Assembly (NCBI GenBank): GCA_964247055.1
Contig: OZ176051.1
Coordinates: 744,001 to 808,000 of the forward strand
Source: Paragordius varius
Lineage: Eukaryota > Animalia > Nematomorpha
Direction of reading: 5' to 3'
DNA: 64,000 nt
Shown here in pieces: positions 12,311-27,500 of the stretch. The notes beneath the pieces are model-generated. The model made no database searches and was not told the DNA's origin. It saw only the letters and a list, made by a program, of their open reading frames with translations. The stretch's first letter is position 1; the number at the start of each line of letters is the position of its first letter. Made by a program: the position numbers and the translations under genes.

Positions 12311-15300
12311 CGATTTTTACAACGATACTTTAAAAATTAATGTATTAAACTTGTCGCATCAATACTCAAGTTAAACTTTGTCCTTAAAAATCGGATATTG
12401 GTCACCGGTGAACAAAACTATTTTTTATACATTCTCTTAGTAAGACTACATCAAAATATAGAGATAGTTTGACAAACTCTTTCATATCCGATTTTTACAA
12501 CGATACTTTAAAAATTAATGTACAAAACTAGTCGCATCAATACTCAAGTTAAACTTTGTCCTTAAAAATCGGATATTGGTCACCGGTGAACAAAATTATT
12601 TTATTTACATTCTCTTGGTAAGACTACATCAATAATAAAAAAATAGTTTGACAAACTCTTTCATATCCGATTTTTACAACGATACTTTAAAAATTAATGT
12701 ATAAAACTAGTCGTATCAATAAATCGCATCAATACTCAAGTTAAACTTTCTCCTTAAAAATCGGATATTGGTCAACCGGTGAACAAAATTATTTTTTATA
12801 CATTCTCTTAGTAGGACTACATCAAAATATAGAGATAGTTTGGCAAACTCTTTCATATCTTATTTTTACAAGGAGACTTTAAAAATTATGGTATTAAACC
12901 AGTCCCATCAATACTCAAGTTAAACTTTGTCCTTAAAAATCGGATATTGGTCACCCGTGAACAAAATTATTTTTTATACATTCTCTTAGTAAGACTACAT
13001 CAAAATATAGAGATAGTTTGACAAACTCTTTCATATCCGATTTTTAGAACGATACTTTAAAAATTATGGTATTAAACCAGTCGCATCAATACTCAAGTTA
13101 AACTTTGTCCTTAAAAATCGGATATTGGTCACCGGTGAACAAAACTATTTTTTATACATTCTCTTAGTAAGACTACATCAAAATATAGAGATGATTTGAC
13201 AAACTCTTTCATATCCGATTTTTACAACGATACTTTAAAAAGGAATGTATAAAACTAGGCGTATCAATAAATCGCATCAATACTCAAGCTAAACATTGTC
13301 CTTAAAAATCGGATATTGGTCACCGGTGAACAAAACTATTTTTTTTACATTCTCTTAGTAAGACTACATCAAAATATAGAGATAGTTTGACAAACTCTTT
13401 CATATCTGATTTTTACAACGATACTTTAAAAATTAATGTATAAAACTATCGTATCAATAAATCTCATCATAACTCAAGTTAAACTTTCTCCTTAAAAATC
13501 GGATATTGGTCACCGGTGAACAAAATTATTTTTTATACATTCTCTTAGTAGAACTACATCAATAATAAAAAAATAGTTTGACAAACTCTTTCATATCCGA
13601 TTTTTACAACGATACTTTAAAAATTAATGTATTAAACTAGTCGCATCAATACACAAGTTAAACTTTGTCCTTAAAAATCGGATATTGTTCACCGGTGAAC
13701 AAAATTATTTTTTATACATTCTCTTAGTAAGACTACATCAAAATATAGAGATAGTTTGACAAACTCTTTCATATCCGATTTTTACAACGATACTTTAAAA
13801 ATTAATATATAAAACTATTCGCATCAATACTCAAGTTAAACTTTGTCCTTAAAAATCGGATATGGGTCACCGGTGAACAAAATTATTTTTTATACATTCT
13901 CTTAGTAAGACTACATCAAAATATAGAGATAGTTTGACAAACTCTTTCATATCCGATTTTTACAACGATACTTTAAAAATTCTGGTATTAAACCAGTCGC
14001 ATCAATACTCAAGTTAAACTTTGTCCTTAAAAATCGGATATTGTTCACCGGTGAACAAAACTATTTTTTATACATTCTCTTAGTAAGACTACATAAAAAT
14101 ATAGAGATAGTTTGACAAACTCTTTCATATCCGATTTTTACAACGATACTTAAAAAATTAATGTATAAAACTAGTCGTATCAATAAATCGCATCAATACT
14201 CAAGTTAAACTTTCTCCTTAAAAATCGGATATTGGTCACCGGTGAACAAAACTATTTTTTATACATTCTCTTAGTAGGACTACATCAAAATATAGAGATA
14301 GTTTGGCAAACTCTTTCATATCCGATTTTTACAACGATACTTTAAAAATTAATGTATTAAACTTGTCGCATCAATACTCAAGTTAAACTTTGTCCTTAAA
14401 AATCGGATATTGGTCACCGGTGAACAAAATTATTTTATTTACATTCTCTTAGTAAGACTACATCAAAATATAGAGATAGTTTGGCAAACTCTTTCATATC
14501 CGATCTTTACAACGATACTTTAAAAATTAATGTATTAAACTTGTCGCATCAATACTCAAGTTAAACTTTCTCCTTAAAAATCGGATATTGGTCACCCGTG
14601 AACAAAATTATTTTTTATACATTCTCTTAGTAAGACTACATCAAAATATAGAGATAGTTTGACAAACTCTTTCATATCCGATTTTTACAACGATACTTTA
14701 AAAATTAATGTATTAAACTTGTCGCATCAATACTCAAGTTAAACTTTCTCCTTAAAAATCGGATATTGGTCACCGATGAACAAAATTATTTTTTATACAT
14801 TCTCTTAGTAGGACTACATCAAAATATAGAGATAGTTTGGCAAACTCTTTCAGATCCGATTTTTACAACGATACTTTAAAAATTAATGTATAAAACTAGT
14901 CGCATCAATACTCAAGTTAAACTTTGTCCTTAAAAATCGGATATTGGTCACCGGTGAACAAAATTATTTTATTTACATTCTCTTAGTAAGACTACATCAA
15001 AATATAGAAATAGTTTGACAAACTCTTTCATATCCGATTTTTACAACGATACTTTAAAAATTAATGTATTAAACTTGTCGCATCAATACTCAAGTTAAAC
15101 TTTCTCCTTAAAAATCGGATATTGGTCACCCGTGAACAAAATTATTTTTTATACATTCTCTTAGTAAGACTACATCAAAATATAGAGATAGTTTGACAAA
15201 CTCTTTCATATCCGATTTTTACAACGATACTTTAAAAATTATGGTATTAAACCAGTCGCATCAATACTCAAGTTAAACTTTGTCCTTAAAAATCGGATAT

Positions 15301-17634
15301 TGGTCACCGGTGAACAAAACTATTTTTTATACATTCTCTTAGTAAGACTACATCAAAATATAGAGATAGTTTGACAAACTCTTTCATATCCGATTTTTAC
15401 AACGATACTTTAAAAATTAATGTATAAAACTATCGTATCAATAAATCTCATAAATACTCAAGTTAAACTTTCTCCTTAAAAATCGGATATTGGTCACCGG
15501 TGAACAAAATTATTTTTTATACATTCTCTTAGTAGGACTACATCAAAATATAGAGATAGTTTGGCAAACTCTTTTATATCCGATTTTTACAACGATACTT
15601 TAAAAATTAATGTACAAAACTAGTCGCATCAATACTCAAGTTAAACTTTGTCCTTAAAAATCGGATATTGGTCACCGGTGAACAAAATTATTTTTTATAC
15701 ATTCTCTTAGTAGGACTACATCAAAATATAGAGATAGTTTGGCAAACTCTTTCATATCCGATTTTTACAACGATACTTTAAAAATTAATGTATAAAAGTT
15801 AAACTTTGTCCTTAAAAATCGGATATTGGTCACCGGTGAACAAAATTATTTTATTTACATTCTCTTAGTAAGACTACATCAAAATATAGAAATAGTTTGA
15901 CAAACTCTTTCATATCCGATTTTTACAACGATACTTTAAAAATTAATGTATTAAACTTGTCGCATCAATACTCAAGTTAAACTTTCTCCTTAAAAATCGG
16001 ATATTGGTCACCCGTGAACAAAATTATTTTTTATACATTCTCTTAGTAAGACTACATCAAAATATAGAGATAGTTTGACAAACTCTTTCATATCCGATTT
16101 TTACAACGATACTTTAAAAATTATGGTATTAAACCAGTCGCATCAATACTCAAGTTAAACTTTGTCCTTAAAAATCGGATATTGGTCACCGGTGAACAAA
16201 ACTATTTTTTTACATTCTTTTAGTAAGTCTACATCAAAATATAGAGATAGTTTGACAAACTCTTTCATATCCGATTTTTACAACGATACTTTAAAAATTA
16301 ATGTATAAAACTAGTCGTATCAATAAATCGCATCAATACTCAAGTTAAACTTTCTCCTTAAAAATCGGATATTGGTCACCGGTGAACAAAATTATTTTTT
16401 ATACATTCTCTTAGTAGGACTACATCAAAATATAGAGATAGTTTGGCAAACTCTTTCATATCCGATTTTTACAACGATACTATAAAAATTAATGTATCAA
16501 ACTAGTCGCATCAATACTCAAGTTAAACTTTGTCCTTAAAAATCGGATATTGGTCACCGGTGAACAAAATTATTTTATTTACATTCTCTTAGTATGACTA
16601 CATCAAAATATAGAAATAGTTTGACAAACTCTTTCATATCCGATTTTTACAACGATACTTTAAAAATTAATGTATTAAACTAGTCGCATCAATACTCAAG
16701 TTAAACTTTGTCCTAAAAAATCGGATATTGTTCACCGGTGAACAAAATTATTTTTTATACATTCTCTTAGCAAGACTACATCAAAATATAGAGATAGTTT
16801 GACAAACTCTTTCATATCCGATTTTTACAACGATACTTTAAAAATTAATGTATAAAAGTAGTCGCATCAATACTCAAGTTAAACTTTGTCCTTAAAAATC
16901 GGATATTGGTCAACCGGTGAACAAAATTATTTTTTATACATTCTCTTAGTAGGACTACATCAAAATATAGAGATAGTTTGGCAAACTCTTTCATATCCGA
17001 TTTTTACAACGATACTTTAAAAATTAATGTATAAAACTAGTCGCATCAATACTCAAGTTAAACTTTGTCCTTAAAAATCGGATATTGGTCACCGGTGAAC
17101 AAAATTATTTTTTATACATTCTCTTAGTAAGACTAATCAAAATATAGAAATAGTTTGACAAATTCTTTCATATCCGATTTTTACAACGATACTTTAAAAA
17201 TTAATGTATAAAACTAGTCGCATCAATACTCAAGTTAAACTTTATCCTTAAAAATCAGATATTGGTCACCGGTTAACAAAATAATTTTTTTTATCCCTCT
17301 TAGTAAGACTACATATAAAAATATAGAGATAGTTTGATAAACTCTTTCATATCCGATTTTTACAAGGAGACTTTAAAAATTATGGTATTAAACCAGTCGC
17401 ATCAATACTCAAGTTAAACTTTGTCCTTAAAAATCGGATATTGGTCACCCGTGAACAAAACTATTTTTTATACATTCTCTTAGTAAGACTACATCAAAAT
17501 ATAGAGATAGTTTGACAAACTCTTTCATATCCGATTTTTACAACGATATTTAAAAATTAATATATAAAACTAGTCGTATCAATCAATCGCATACACACTC
17601 AAGTTAAACTTTGTCCTTAAAAATCGGATATTGG

Positions 17635-20600
17635 TCAACCGGTGAACAAAATTATTTTTTATACATTCTCTTAGTAGGACTACATCAAAATATAGAGATA
17701 GTTTGGCAAACTCTTTCATATCCGATTTTTACAACGATACTTTAAAAATTAATGTATAAAACTAGTCGCATCAATACTCAAGTTAAACTTTGTCCTTAAA
17801 AATCGGATATTGGTCACCGGTGAACAAAATTATTTTTTATACATTCTCTTAGTAAGACTACATCAAAATATAGAAATAGTTTGACAAATTCTTTCATATC
17901 CGATTTTTACAACGATACTTTAAAAATTAATGTATAAAACTAGTCGCATCAATACTCAAGTTAAACTTTATCCTTAAAAATCAGATATTGGTCACCGGTG
18001 AACAAAATAATTTTTTTTATACCTCTTAGTAAGACTACATATAAAAATATAGAGATAGTTTGATAAACTCTTTCATATCCGATTTTTACAAGGAGACTTA
18101 AAAAATTATGGTATTAAACCAGTCGCATCAATACTCAAGTTAAACTTTGTCCTTAAAAATCGGATATTGGTCACCCGTGAACAAAATTATTTTTTATACA
18201 TTCTCTTAGTAAGACTACATCAAAATATAGAGATAGTTTGACAAACTCTTTCATATCCGATTTTTACAACGATACTTTAAAAATTATGGTATTAAACCAG
18301 TCGCATCAATACTCAAGTTAAACTTTGTCCTTAAAAATCGGATATTGGTCACCGGTGAACAAAACTATTTTTTATACATTCTCTTAGTAAGACTACATCA
18401 AAATATAGAAATGATTTGACAAACTCTTTCATATCCGATTTTTACAACGATACTTTAAAAAGGAATGTATAAAACTAGGCGTATCAATAAATCGCATCAA
18501 TACTCAAGCTAAACATTGTCCTTAAAAATCGGATATTGGTCACCGGTGAACAAAACTATTTTTTATACATTCTCTTAGTAAGACTAAATCAAAATATAGA
18601 GATAGTTTGACAAACTCTTTCATATCCGATTTTTACAACGATACTTTAAAAATTAATGTATAAAACTATCGTATCAATAAATCTCATAAATACTCAAGTT
18701 AAACTTTCTCCTTAAAAATCGGATATTGGTCACCGGTGAACAAAATTATTTTTTATACATTCTCTTAGTAGGACTACATCAAAATATAGAGATAGTTTGG
18801 CAAACTCTTTTATATCCGATTTTTACAACGATACTTTAAAAATTAATGTACGAAACTAGTCGCATCAATACTCAAGTTAAACTTTGTCCTTAAAAATCGG
18901 ATATTGGTCACCGGTGAACAAAATTATTTTATTTACATTCTCTTGGTAAGACTACATCAATAATAAAAAAATAGTTTGACAAACTCTTTCATATCCGATT
19001 TTTACAACGATACTTTAAAAATTAATGTATTAAACTATCGCATCAATACTCAAGTTAAACTTTGTCCTTAAAAATCGGATATTGTTCACCGGTGAACAAA
19101 ATTATTTTTTATACATCCTCTGAGTAAGACTACATCAAAATATAGAGATAGTTTGACAAACTCTTTCATATCCGATTTTTACAACGATACTTTAAAAATT
19201 AATATATAAAACTAGTCGCATCAATACTCAAGTTAAACTTTGTCCTTAAAAATCGGATATGGGTCACCGGTGAACAAAATTATTTTTTATACATTCTCTT
19301 AGTAAGACTACATCAAAATATAGAGATAGTTTGACAAACTCTTTCATATCCGATTTTTACAACGATACTTTAAAAATTCTGGTATTAAACCAGTCGCATC
19401 AATACTCAAGTTAAACTTTGTCCTTAAAAATCGGATATTGTTCACCGGTGAACAAAACTATTTTTTATACATTCTCTTAGTAAGACTACATCAAAATATA
19501 GAGATAGTTTGACAAACTCTTTCATATCCGATTTTTACAACGATACTTTAAAAATTAATGTATAAAACTAGTCGTATCAATAAATCGCATCAATACTCAA
19601 GTTAAACTTTCTCCTTAAAAATCGGATATTGGTCACCGGTGAACAAAACTATTTTTTATACATTCTCTTAGTAGGACTACATCAAAATATAGAGATAGTT
19701 TGGCAAACTCTTTCATATCCGATTTTTACAACGATACTTTAAAAATTAATGTATAAAACTAGTCGTATCAATAAATCGCATCAATACTCAAGTTAAACTT
19801 TCTCCTTAAAAATCGGATATTGGTCACCGGTGAACAAAATTATTTTTTATACATTCTCTTAGTAGGACTACATCAAAATATAGAGATAGTTTGGCAAACT
19901 CTTTCATATCCGATTTTTACAACGATACTTTAAAAATTAATGTATAAAACTAGTCGCATCAATACTCAAGTTAAACTTTGTCCTTAAAAATCGGATATTG
20001 GTCACCGGTGAACAAAACTATTTTTTATACATTCTCTTAGTAAGACTACATCAAAATATAGAGATAGTTTGACAAACTCTTTCATATCCGATTTTTACAA
20101 CGATACTTTAAAAATTAATGTATAAAACTATCGTATCAATAAATCTCATAAATACTCAAGTTAAACTTTCTCCTTAAAAATCGGATATTGGTCAACCGGT
20201 GAACAAAATTATTTTTTATACATTCTCTTAGTAGGACTACATCAAAATATAGAGATAGTTTGGCAAACTCTTTCATATCCGATTTTTACAACGATACTTT
20301 AAAAATTAATGTATAAAACTAGTCGCATCAATACTCAAGTTAAACTTTGTCCTTAAAAATCGGATATTGGTCACCGGTGAACAAAATTATTTTTTATACA
20401 TTCTCTTAGTAAGACTACATCAAAATATAGAAATAGTTTGACAAATTCTTTCATATCCGATTTTTACAACGATACTTTAAAAATTAATGTATAAAACTAG
20501 TCGCATCAATACTCAAGTTAAACTTTATCCTTAAAAATCAGATATTGGTCACCGGTGAACAAAATAATTTTTTTTATACCTCTTAGTAAGACTACATATA

Positions 20601-22740
20601 AAAATATAGAGATAGTTTGATAAACTCTTTCATATCCGATTTTTACAAGGAGACTTAAAAAATTATGGTATTAAACCAGTCGCATCAATACTCAAGTTAA
20701 ACTTTGTCCTTAAAAATCGGATATTGGTCACCCGTGAACAAAATTATTTTTTATACATTCTCTTAGTAAGACTACATCAAAATATAGAGATAGTTTGACA
20801 AACTCTTTCATATCCGATTTTTACAACGATACTTTAAAAATTATGGTATTAAACCAGTCGCATCAATACTCAAGTTAAACTTTGTCCTTAAAAATCGGAT
20901 ATTGGTCACCGGTGAACAAAACTATTTTTTATACATTCTCTTAGTAAGACTACATCAAAATATAGAAATGATTTGACAAACTCTTTCATATCCGATTTTT
21001 ACAACGATACTTTAAAAAGGAATGTATAAAACTAGGCGTATCAATAAATCGCATCAATACTCAAGCTAAACATTGTCCTTAAAAATCGGATATTGGTCAC
21101 CGGTGAACAAAACTATTTTTTATACATTCTCTTAGTAAGACTAAATCAAAATATAGAGATAGTTTGACAAACTCTTTCATATCCGATTTTTACAACGATA
21201 CTTTAAAAATTAATGTATAAAACTATCGTATCAATAAATCTCATAATTACTCAAGTTAAACTTTCTCCTTAAAAATCGGATATTGGTCACCGGTGAACAA
21301 AATTATTTTTTATACATTCTCTTAGTAGGACTACATCAAAATATAGAGATAGTTTGGCAAACTCTTTTATATCCGATTTTTACAACGATACTTTAAAAAT
21401 TAATGTACGAAACTAGTCGCATCAATACTCAAGTTAAACTTTGTCCTTAAAAATCGGATATTGGTCACCGGTGAACAAAATTATTTTATTTACATTCTCT
21501 TGGTAAGACTACATCAATAATAAAAAAATAGTTTGACAAACTCTTTCATATCCGATTTTTACAACGATACTTTAAAAATTAATGTATTAAACTATCGCAT
21601 CAATACTCAAGTTAAACTTTGTCCTTAAAAATCGGATATTGTTCACCGGTGAACAAAATTATTTTTTATACATCCTCTGAGTAAGACTACATCAAAATAT
21701 AGAGATAGTTTGACAAACTCTTTCATATCCGATTTTTACAACGATACTTTAAAAATTAATATATAAAACTAGTCGCATCAATACTCAAGTTAAACTTTGT
21801 CCTTAAAAATCGGATATGGGTCACCGGTGAACAAAATTATTTTTTATACATTCTCTTAGTAAGACTACATCAAAATATAGAGATAGTTTGACAAACTCTT
21901 TCATATCCGATTTTTACAACGATACTTTAAAAATTCTGGTATTAAACCAGTCGCATCAATACTCAAGTTAAACTTTGTCCTTAAAAATCGGATATTGTTC
22001 ACCGGTGAACAAAACTATTTTTTATACATTCTCTTAGTAAGACTACATCAAAATATAGAGATAGTTTGACAAACTCTTTCATATCCGATTTTTACAACGA
22101 TACTTTAAAAATTAATGTATAAAACTAGTCGTATCAATAAATCGCATCAATACTCAAGTTAAACTTTCTCCTTAAAAATCGGATATTGGTCACCGGTGAA
22201 CAAAACTATTTTTTATACATTCTCTTAGTAGGACTACATCAAAATATAGAGATAGTTTGGCAAACTCTTTCATATCCGATTTTTACAACGATACTTTAAA
22301 AATTAATGTATAAAACTAGTCGTATCAATAAATCGCATCAATACTCAAGTTAAACTTTCTCCTTAAAAATCGGATATTGGTCACCGGTGAACAAAATTAT
22401 TTTTTATACATTCTCTTAGTAGGACTACATCAAAATATAGAGATAGTTTGGCAAACTCTTTCATATCCGATTTTTACAACGATACTTTAAAAATTAATGT
22501 ATAAAACTAGTCGCATCAATACTCAAGTTAAACTTTGTCCTTAAAAATCGGATATTGGTCACCGGTGAACAAAACTATTTTTTATACATTCTCTTAGTAA
22601 GACTACATCAAAATATAGAGATAGTTTGACAAACTCTTTCATATCCGATTTTTACAACGATACTTTAAAAATTAATGTATAAAACTATCGTATCAATAAA
22701 TCTCATAAATACTCAAGTTAAACTTTCTCCTTAAAAATCG
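17635..22740 (+). repeat. 14-monomer HOR, period 2557 bp (9 short + 5 long), two copies
   Basis: aggagac at 18091/20648, aggaatg at 18461/21018 and ctaaatc at 18584/21141 all differ by 2557 = 14x178 + 5x13. Confidence 0.93.
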
Positions 22741-24540
22741 GATATTGGTCACCGGTGAACAAAATTATTTTTTATACATTCTCTTAGTAGGACTACATCA
22801 AAATATAGAGATAGTTTGGCAAACTCTTTTATATCCGATTTTTACAACGATACTTTAAAAATTAATGTACAAAACTAGTCGCATCAATACTCAAGTTAAA
22901 CTTTGTCCTTAAAAATCGGATATTGGTCACCGGTGAACAAAATTATTTTATTTACATTCTCTTGGTAAGACTACATCAATAATAAAAAAATAGTTTGACA
23001 AACTCTTTCATATCCGATTTTTACAACGATACTTTAAAAATTAATGTATTAAACTAGTCGCATCAATACTCAAGTTAAACTTTGTCCTTAAAAATCGGAT
23101 ATTGTTCACCGGTGAACAAAATTATTTTTTATACATCCTCTGAGTAAGACTACATCAAAATATAGAGATTGACAAACTCTTTCATATCCGATTTTTACAA
23201 CGATACTTTAAAAATTAATATATAAAACTAGTCGCATCAATACTCAAGTTAAACTTTGTCCTTAAAAATCGGATATGGGTCACCGGTGAACAAAATTATT
23301 TTTTATACATTCTCTTAGTAAGACTACATCAAAATATAGAGATAGTTTGACAAACTCTTTCATATCCGATTTTTACAACGATACTTTAAAAATTCTGGTA
23401 TTAAACCAGTCGCATCAATACTCAAGTTAAACTTTGTCCTTAAAAATCGGATATTGTTCACCGGTGAACAAAACTATTTTTTATACATTCTCTTAGTAAG
23501 ACTACATCAAAATATAGAGATAGTTTGACAAACTCTTTCATATCCGATTTTTACAACGATACTTTAAAAATTAATGTATAAAACTAGTCGTATCAATAAA
23601 TCGCATCAATACTCAAGTTAAACTTTCTCCTTAAAAATCGGAGGTCACCGGTGAACAAAACTATTTTTTATACATTCTCTTAGTAGGACTACATCAAAAT
23701 ATAGAGATAGTTTGGCAAACTCTTTCATATCCGATTTTTACAACGATACTTTAAAAATTAATGTATAAAACTAGTCGTATCAATAAATCGCATCAATACT
23801 CAAGTTAAACTTTCTCCTTAAAAATCGGATATTGGTCACCGGTGAACAAAATTATTTTTTATACATTCTCTTAGTAGGACTACATCAAAATATAGAGATA
23901 GTTTGGCAAACTCTTTCATATCCGATTTTTACAACGATACTTTAAAAATTAATGTATAAAACTAGTCGCATCAATACTCAAGTTAACCTTTGTCCTTAAA
24001 AATCGGATATTGGTCACCGGTGAACAAAATTATTTTTTATACATTCTCTTAGTAAGACTACATCAAAATATAGAGATGATTTGACAAACTCTTTCATATC
24101 CGATTTTTACAACGATACTTTAAAAAGGAATGTATAAAACTAGGCGTATCAATAAATCGCATCAATACTCAAGCTAAACATTGTCCTTAAAAATCGGATA
24201 TTGGTCACCGGTGAACAAAACTATTTTTTATACATTCTCTTAGTAAGACTACATCAAAATATAGAGATAGTTTGACAAACTCTTTCATATCCGATTTTTA
24301 CAACGATACTTTAAAAATTAATGTATAAAACTATCGTATCAATAAATCTCATAAATACTCAAGTTAAACTTTCTCCTTAAAAATCGGATATTGGTCACCG
24401 GTGAACAAAATTATTTTTTATACATTCTCTTAGTAGGACTACATCAAAATATAGAGATAGTTTGGCAAACTCTTTTATATCCGATTTTTACAACGATACT
24501 TTAAAAATTAATGTACAAAACTAGTCGCATCAATACTCAA
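21200..24540 (+). repeat. 8-mer and 9-mer derivatives of the 14-mer HOR (offsets 1462 and 1646 bp)
   Basis: catcaataataaaaaaa marker at 21512, 22974 and 24620. Confidence 0.8.
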
Positions 24541-27500
24541 GTTAAACTTTGTCCTTAAAAATCGGATATTGGTCACCGGTGAACAAAATTATTTTATTTA
24601 CATTCTCTTGGTAAGACTACATCAATAATAAAAAAATAGTTTGACAAACTCTTTCATATCCGATTTTTACAACGATACTTTAAAAATTAATGTATTAAAC
24701 TAGTCGCATCAATACTCAAGTTAAACTTTGTCCTTAAAAATCGGATATTGTTCACCGGTGAACAAAATTATTTTTTATACATCCTCTGAGTAAGACTACA
24801 TCAAAATATAGAGATAGTTTGACAAACTCTTTCATATCCGATTTTTACAACGATACTTTAAAAATTAATGTATAAAACTATCGTATCAATAAATCTCATA
24901 AATACTCAAGTTAAACTTTCTCTTTAAAAATCGGATATTGGTCACCGGTGAACAAAATTATTTTTTATACATTCTCTTAGTAGGACTACATCAAAATATA
25001 GAGATAGTTTGGCAAACTCTTTTATATCCGATTTTTACAACGATACTTTAAAAATTAATGTACAAAACTAGTCGCATCAATACTCAAGTTAAACTTTGTC
25101 CTTAAAAATCGGATATTGGTCACCGGTGAACAAAATTATTTTATTTACATTCTCTTGGTAAGACTACATCAATAATAAAAAAATAGTTTGACAAACTCTT
25201 TCATATCCGATTTTTACAACGATACTTTAAAAATTAATGTATTAAACTAGTCGCATCAATACTCAAGTTAAACCTTGTCCTTAAAAATCGGATATTGTTC
25301 ACCGGTGAACAAAATTATTTTTTATACATCCTCTGAGTAAGACTACATCAAAATATAGAGATAGTTTGACAAACTCTTTCATATCCGATTTTTACAACGA
25401 TACTTTAAAAATTAATATATAAAACCAGTCGCATCAATACTCAAGTTAAACTTTGTCCTTAAAAATCGGATATGGGTCACCGGTGAACAAAATTATTTTT
25501 TATACATTCTCTTAGTAAGACTACATCAAAATATAGAGATAGTTTGACAAACTCTTTCATATCCGATTTTTACAACGATACTTAAAAAATTCTGGTATTA
25601 AACCAGTCGCATCAATACTCAAGTTAAACTTTGTCCTTAAAAATCGGATATTGTTCACCGGTGAACAAAACTATTTTTTATACATTCTCTTAGTAAGACT
25701 ACATCAAAATATAGAGATAGTTTGACAAACTCTTTCATATCCGATTTTTACAACGATACTTTAAAAATTAATGTATAAAACTAGTCGTATCAATAAATCG
25801 CATCAATACTCAAGTTAAACTTTCTCCTTAAAAATCGGATATTGGTCACCGGTGAACAAAACTATTTTTTATACATTCTCTTAGTAGGACTACATCAAAA
25901 TATAGAGATAGTTTGGCAAACTCTTTCATATCCGATTTTTACAACGATACTTTAAAAATTAATGTATAAAACTAGTCGTATCAATAAATCGCATCAATAC
26001 TCAAGTTAAACTTTCTCCTTAAAAATCGGATATTGGTCACCGGTGAACAAAATTATTTTTTATACATTCTCTTAGTAGGACTACATCAAAATATAGAGAT
26101 AGTTTGGCAAACTCTTTCATATCCGATTTTTACAACGATACTTTAAAAATTAATGTATAAAACTAGTCGCATCAATACTCAAGTTAACCTTTGTCCTTAA
26201 AAATCGGATATTGGTCACCGGTGAACAAAATTATTTTTTATACATTCTCTTAGTAAGACTACATCAAAATATAGAGATGATTTGACAAACTCTTTCATAT
26301 CCGATTTTTACAACGATACTTTAAAAAGGAATGTATAAAACTAGGCGTATCAATAAATCGCATCATACTCAAGCTAAACATTGTCCTTAAAAATCGGATA
26401 TTGGTCACCGGTGAACAAAACTATTTTTTATACATTCTCTTAGTAAGACTACATCAAAATATAGAGATAGTTTGACAAACTCTTTCATATCCGATTTTTA
26501 CAACGATACTTTAAAAATTAATATATAAAACCAGTCGCATCAATACTCAAGTTAAACTTTGTCCTTAAAAATCGGATATTGGTCACCGGTGAACAAAATT
26601 ATTTTATTTACATTCTCTTGGTAAGACTACATCAATAATAAAAAAATAGTTTGACAAACTCTTTCATATCCGATTTTTACAACGATACTTTAAAAATTAA
26701 TGTATTAAACTAGTCGCATCAATACTCAAGTTAAACTTTGTCCTTAAAAATCGGATATTGTTCACCGGTGAACAAAATTATTTTTTATACATCCTCTGAG
26801 TAAGACTACATCAAAATATAGAGATAGTTTGACAAACTCTTTCATATCCGATTTTTACAACGATACTTTAAAAATTAATGTATAAAACTATCGTATCAAT
26901 AAATCTCATAAATACTCAAGTTAAACTTTCTCTTTAAAAATCGGATATTGGTCACCGGTGAACAAAATTATTTTTTATACATTCTCTTAGTAGGACTACA
27001 TCAAAATATAGAGATAGTTTGGCAAACTCTTTTATATCCGATTTTTACAACGATACTTTAAAAATTAATGTACAAAACTAGTCGCATCAATACTCAAGTT
27101 AAACTTTGTCCTTAAAAATCGGATATTGGTCACCGGTGAACAAAATTATTTTATTTACATTCTCTTGGTAAGACTACATCAATAATAAAAAAATAGTTTG
27201 ACAAACTCTTTCATATCCGATTTTTACAACGATACTTTAAAAATTAATGTATTAAACTAGTCGCATCAATACTCAAGTTAAACCTTGTCCTTAAAAATCG
27301 GATATTGTTCACCGGTGAACAAAATTATTTTTTATACATCCTCTGAGTAAGACTACATCAAAATATAGAGATAGTTTGACAAACTCTTTCATATCCGATT
27401 TTTACAACGATACTTTAAAAATTAATATATAAAACCAGTCGCATCAATACTCAAGTTAAACTTTGTCCTTAAAAATCGGATATGGGTCACCGGTGAACAA

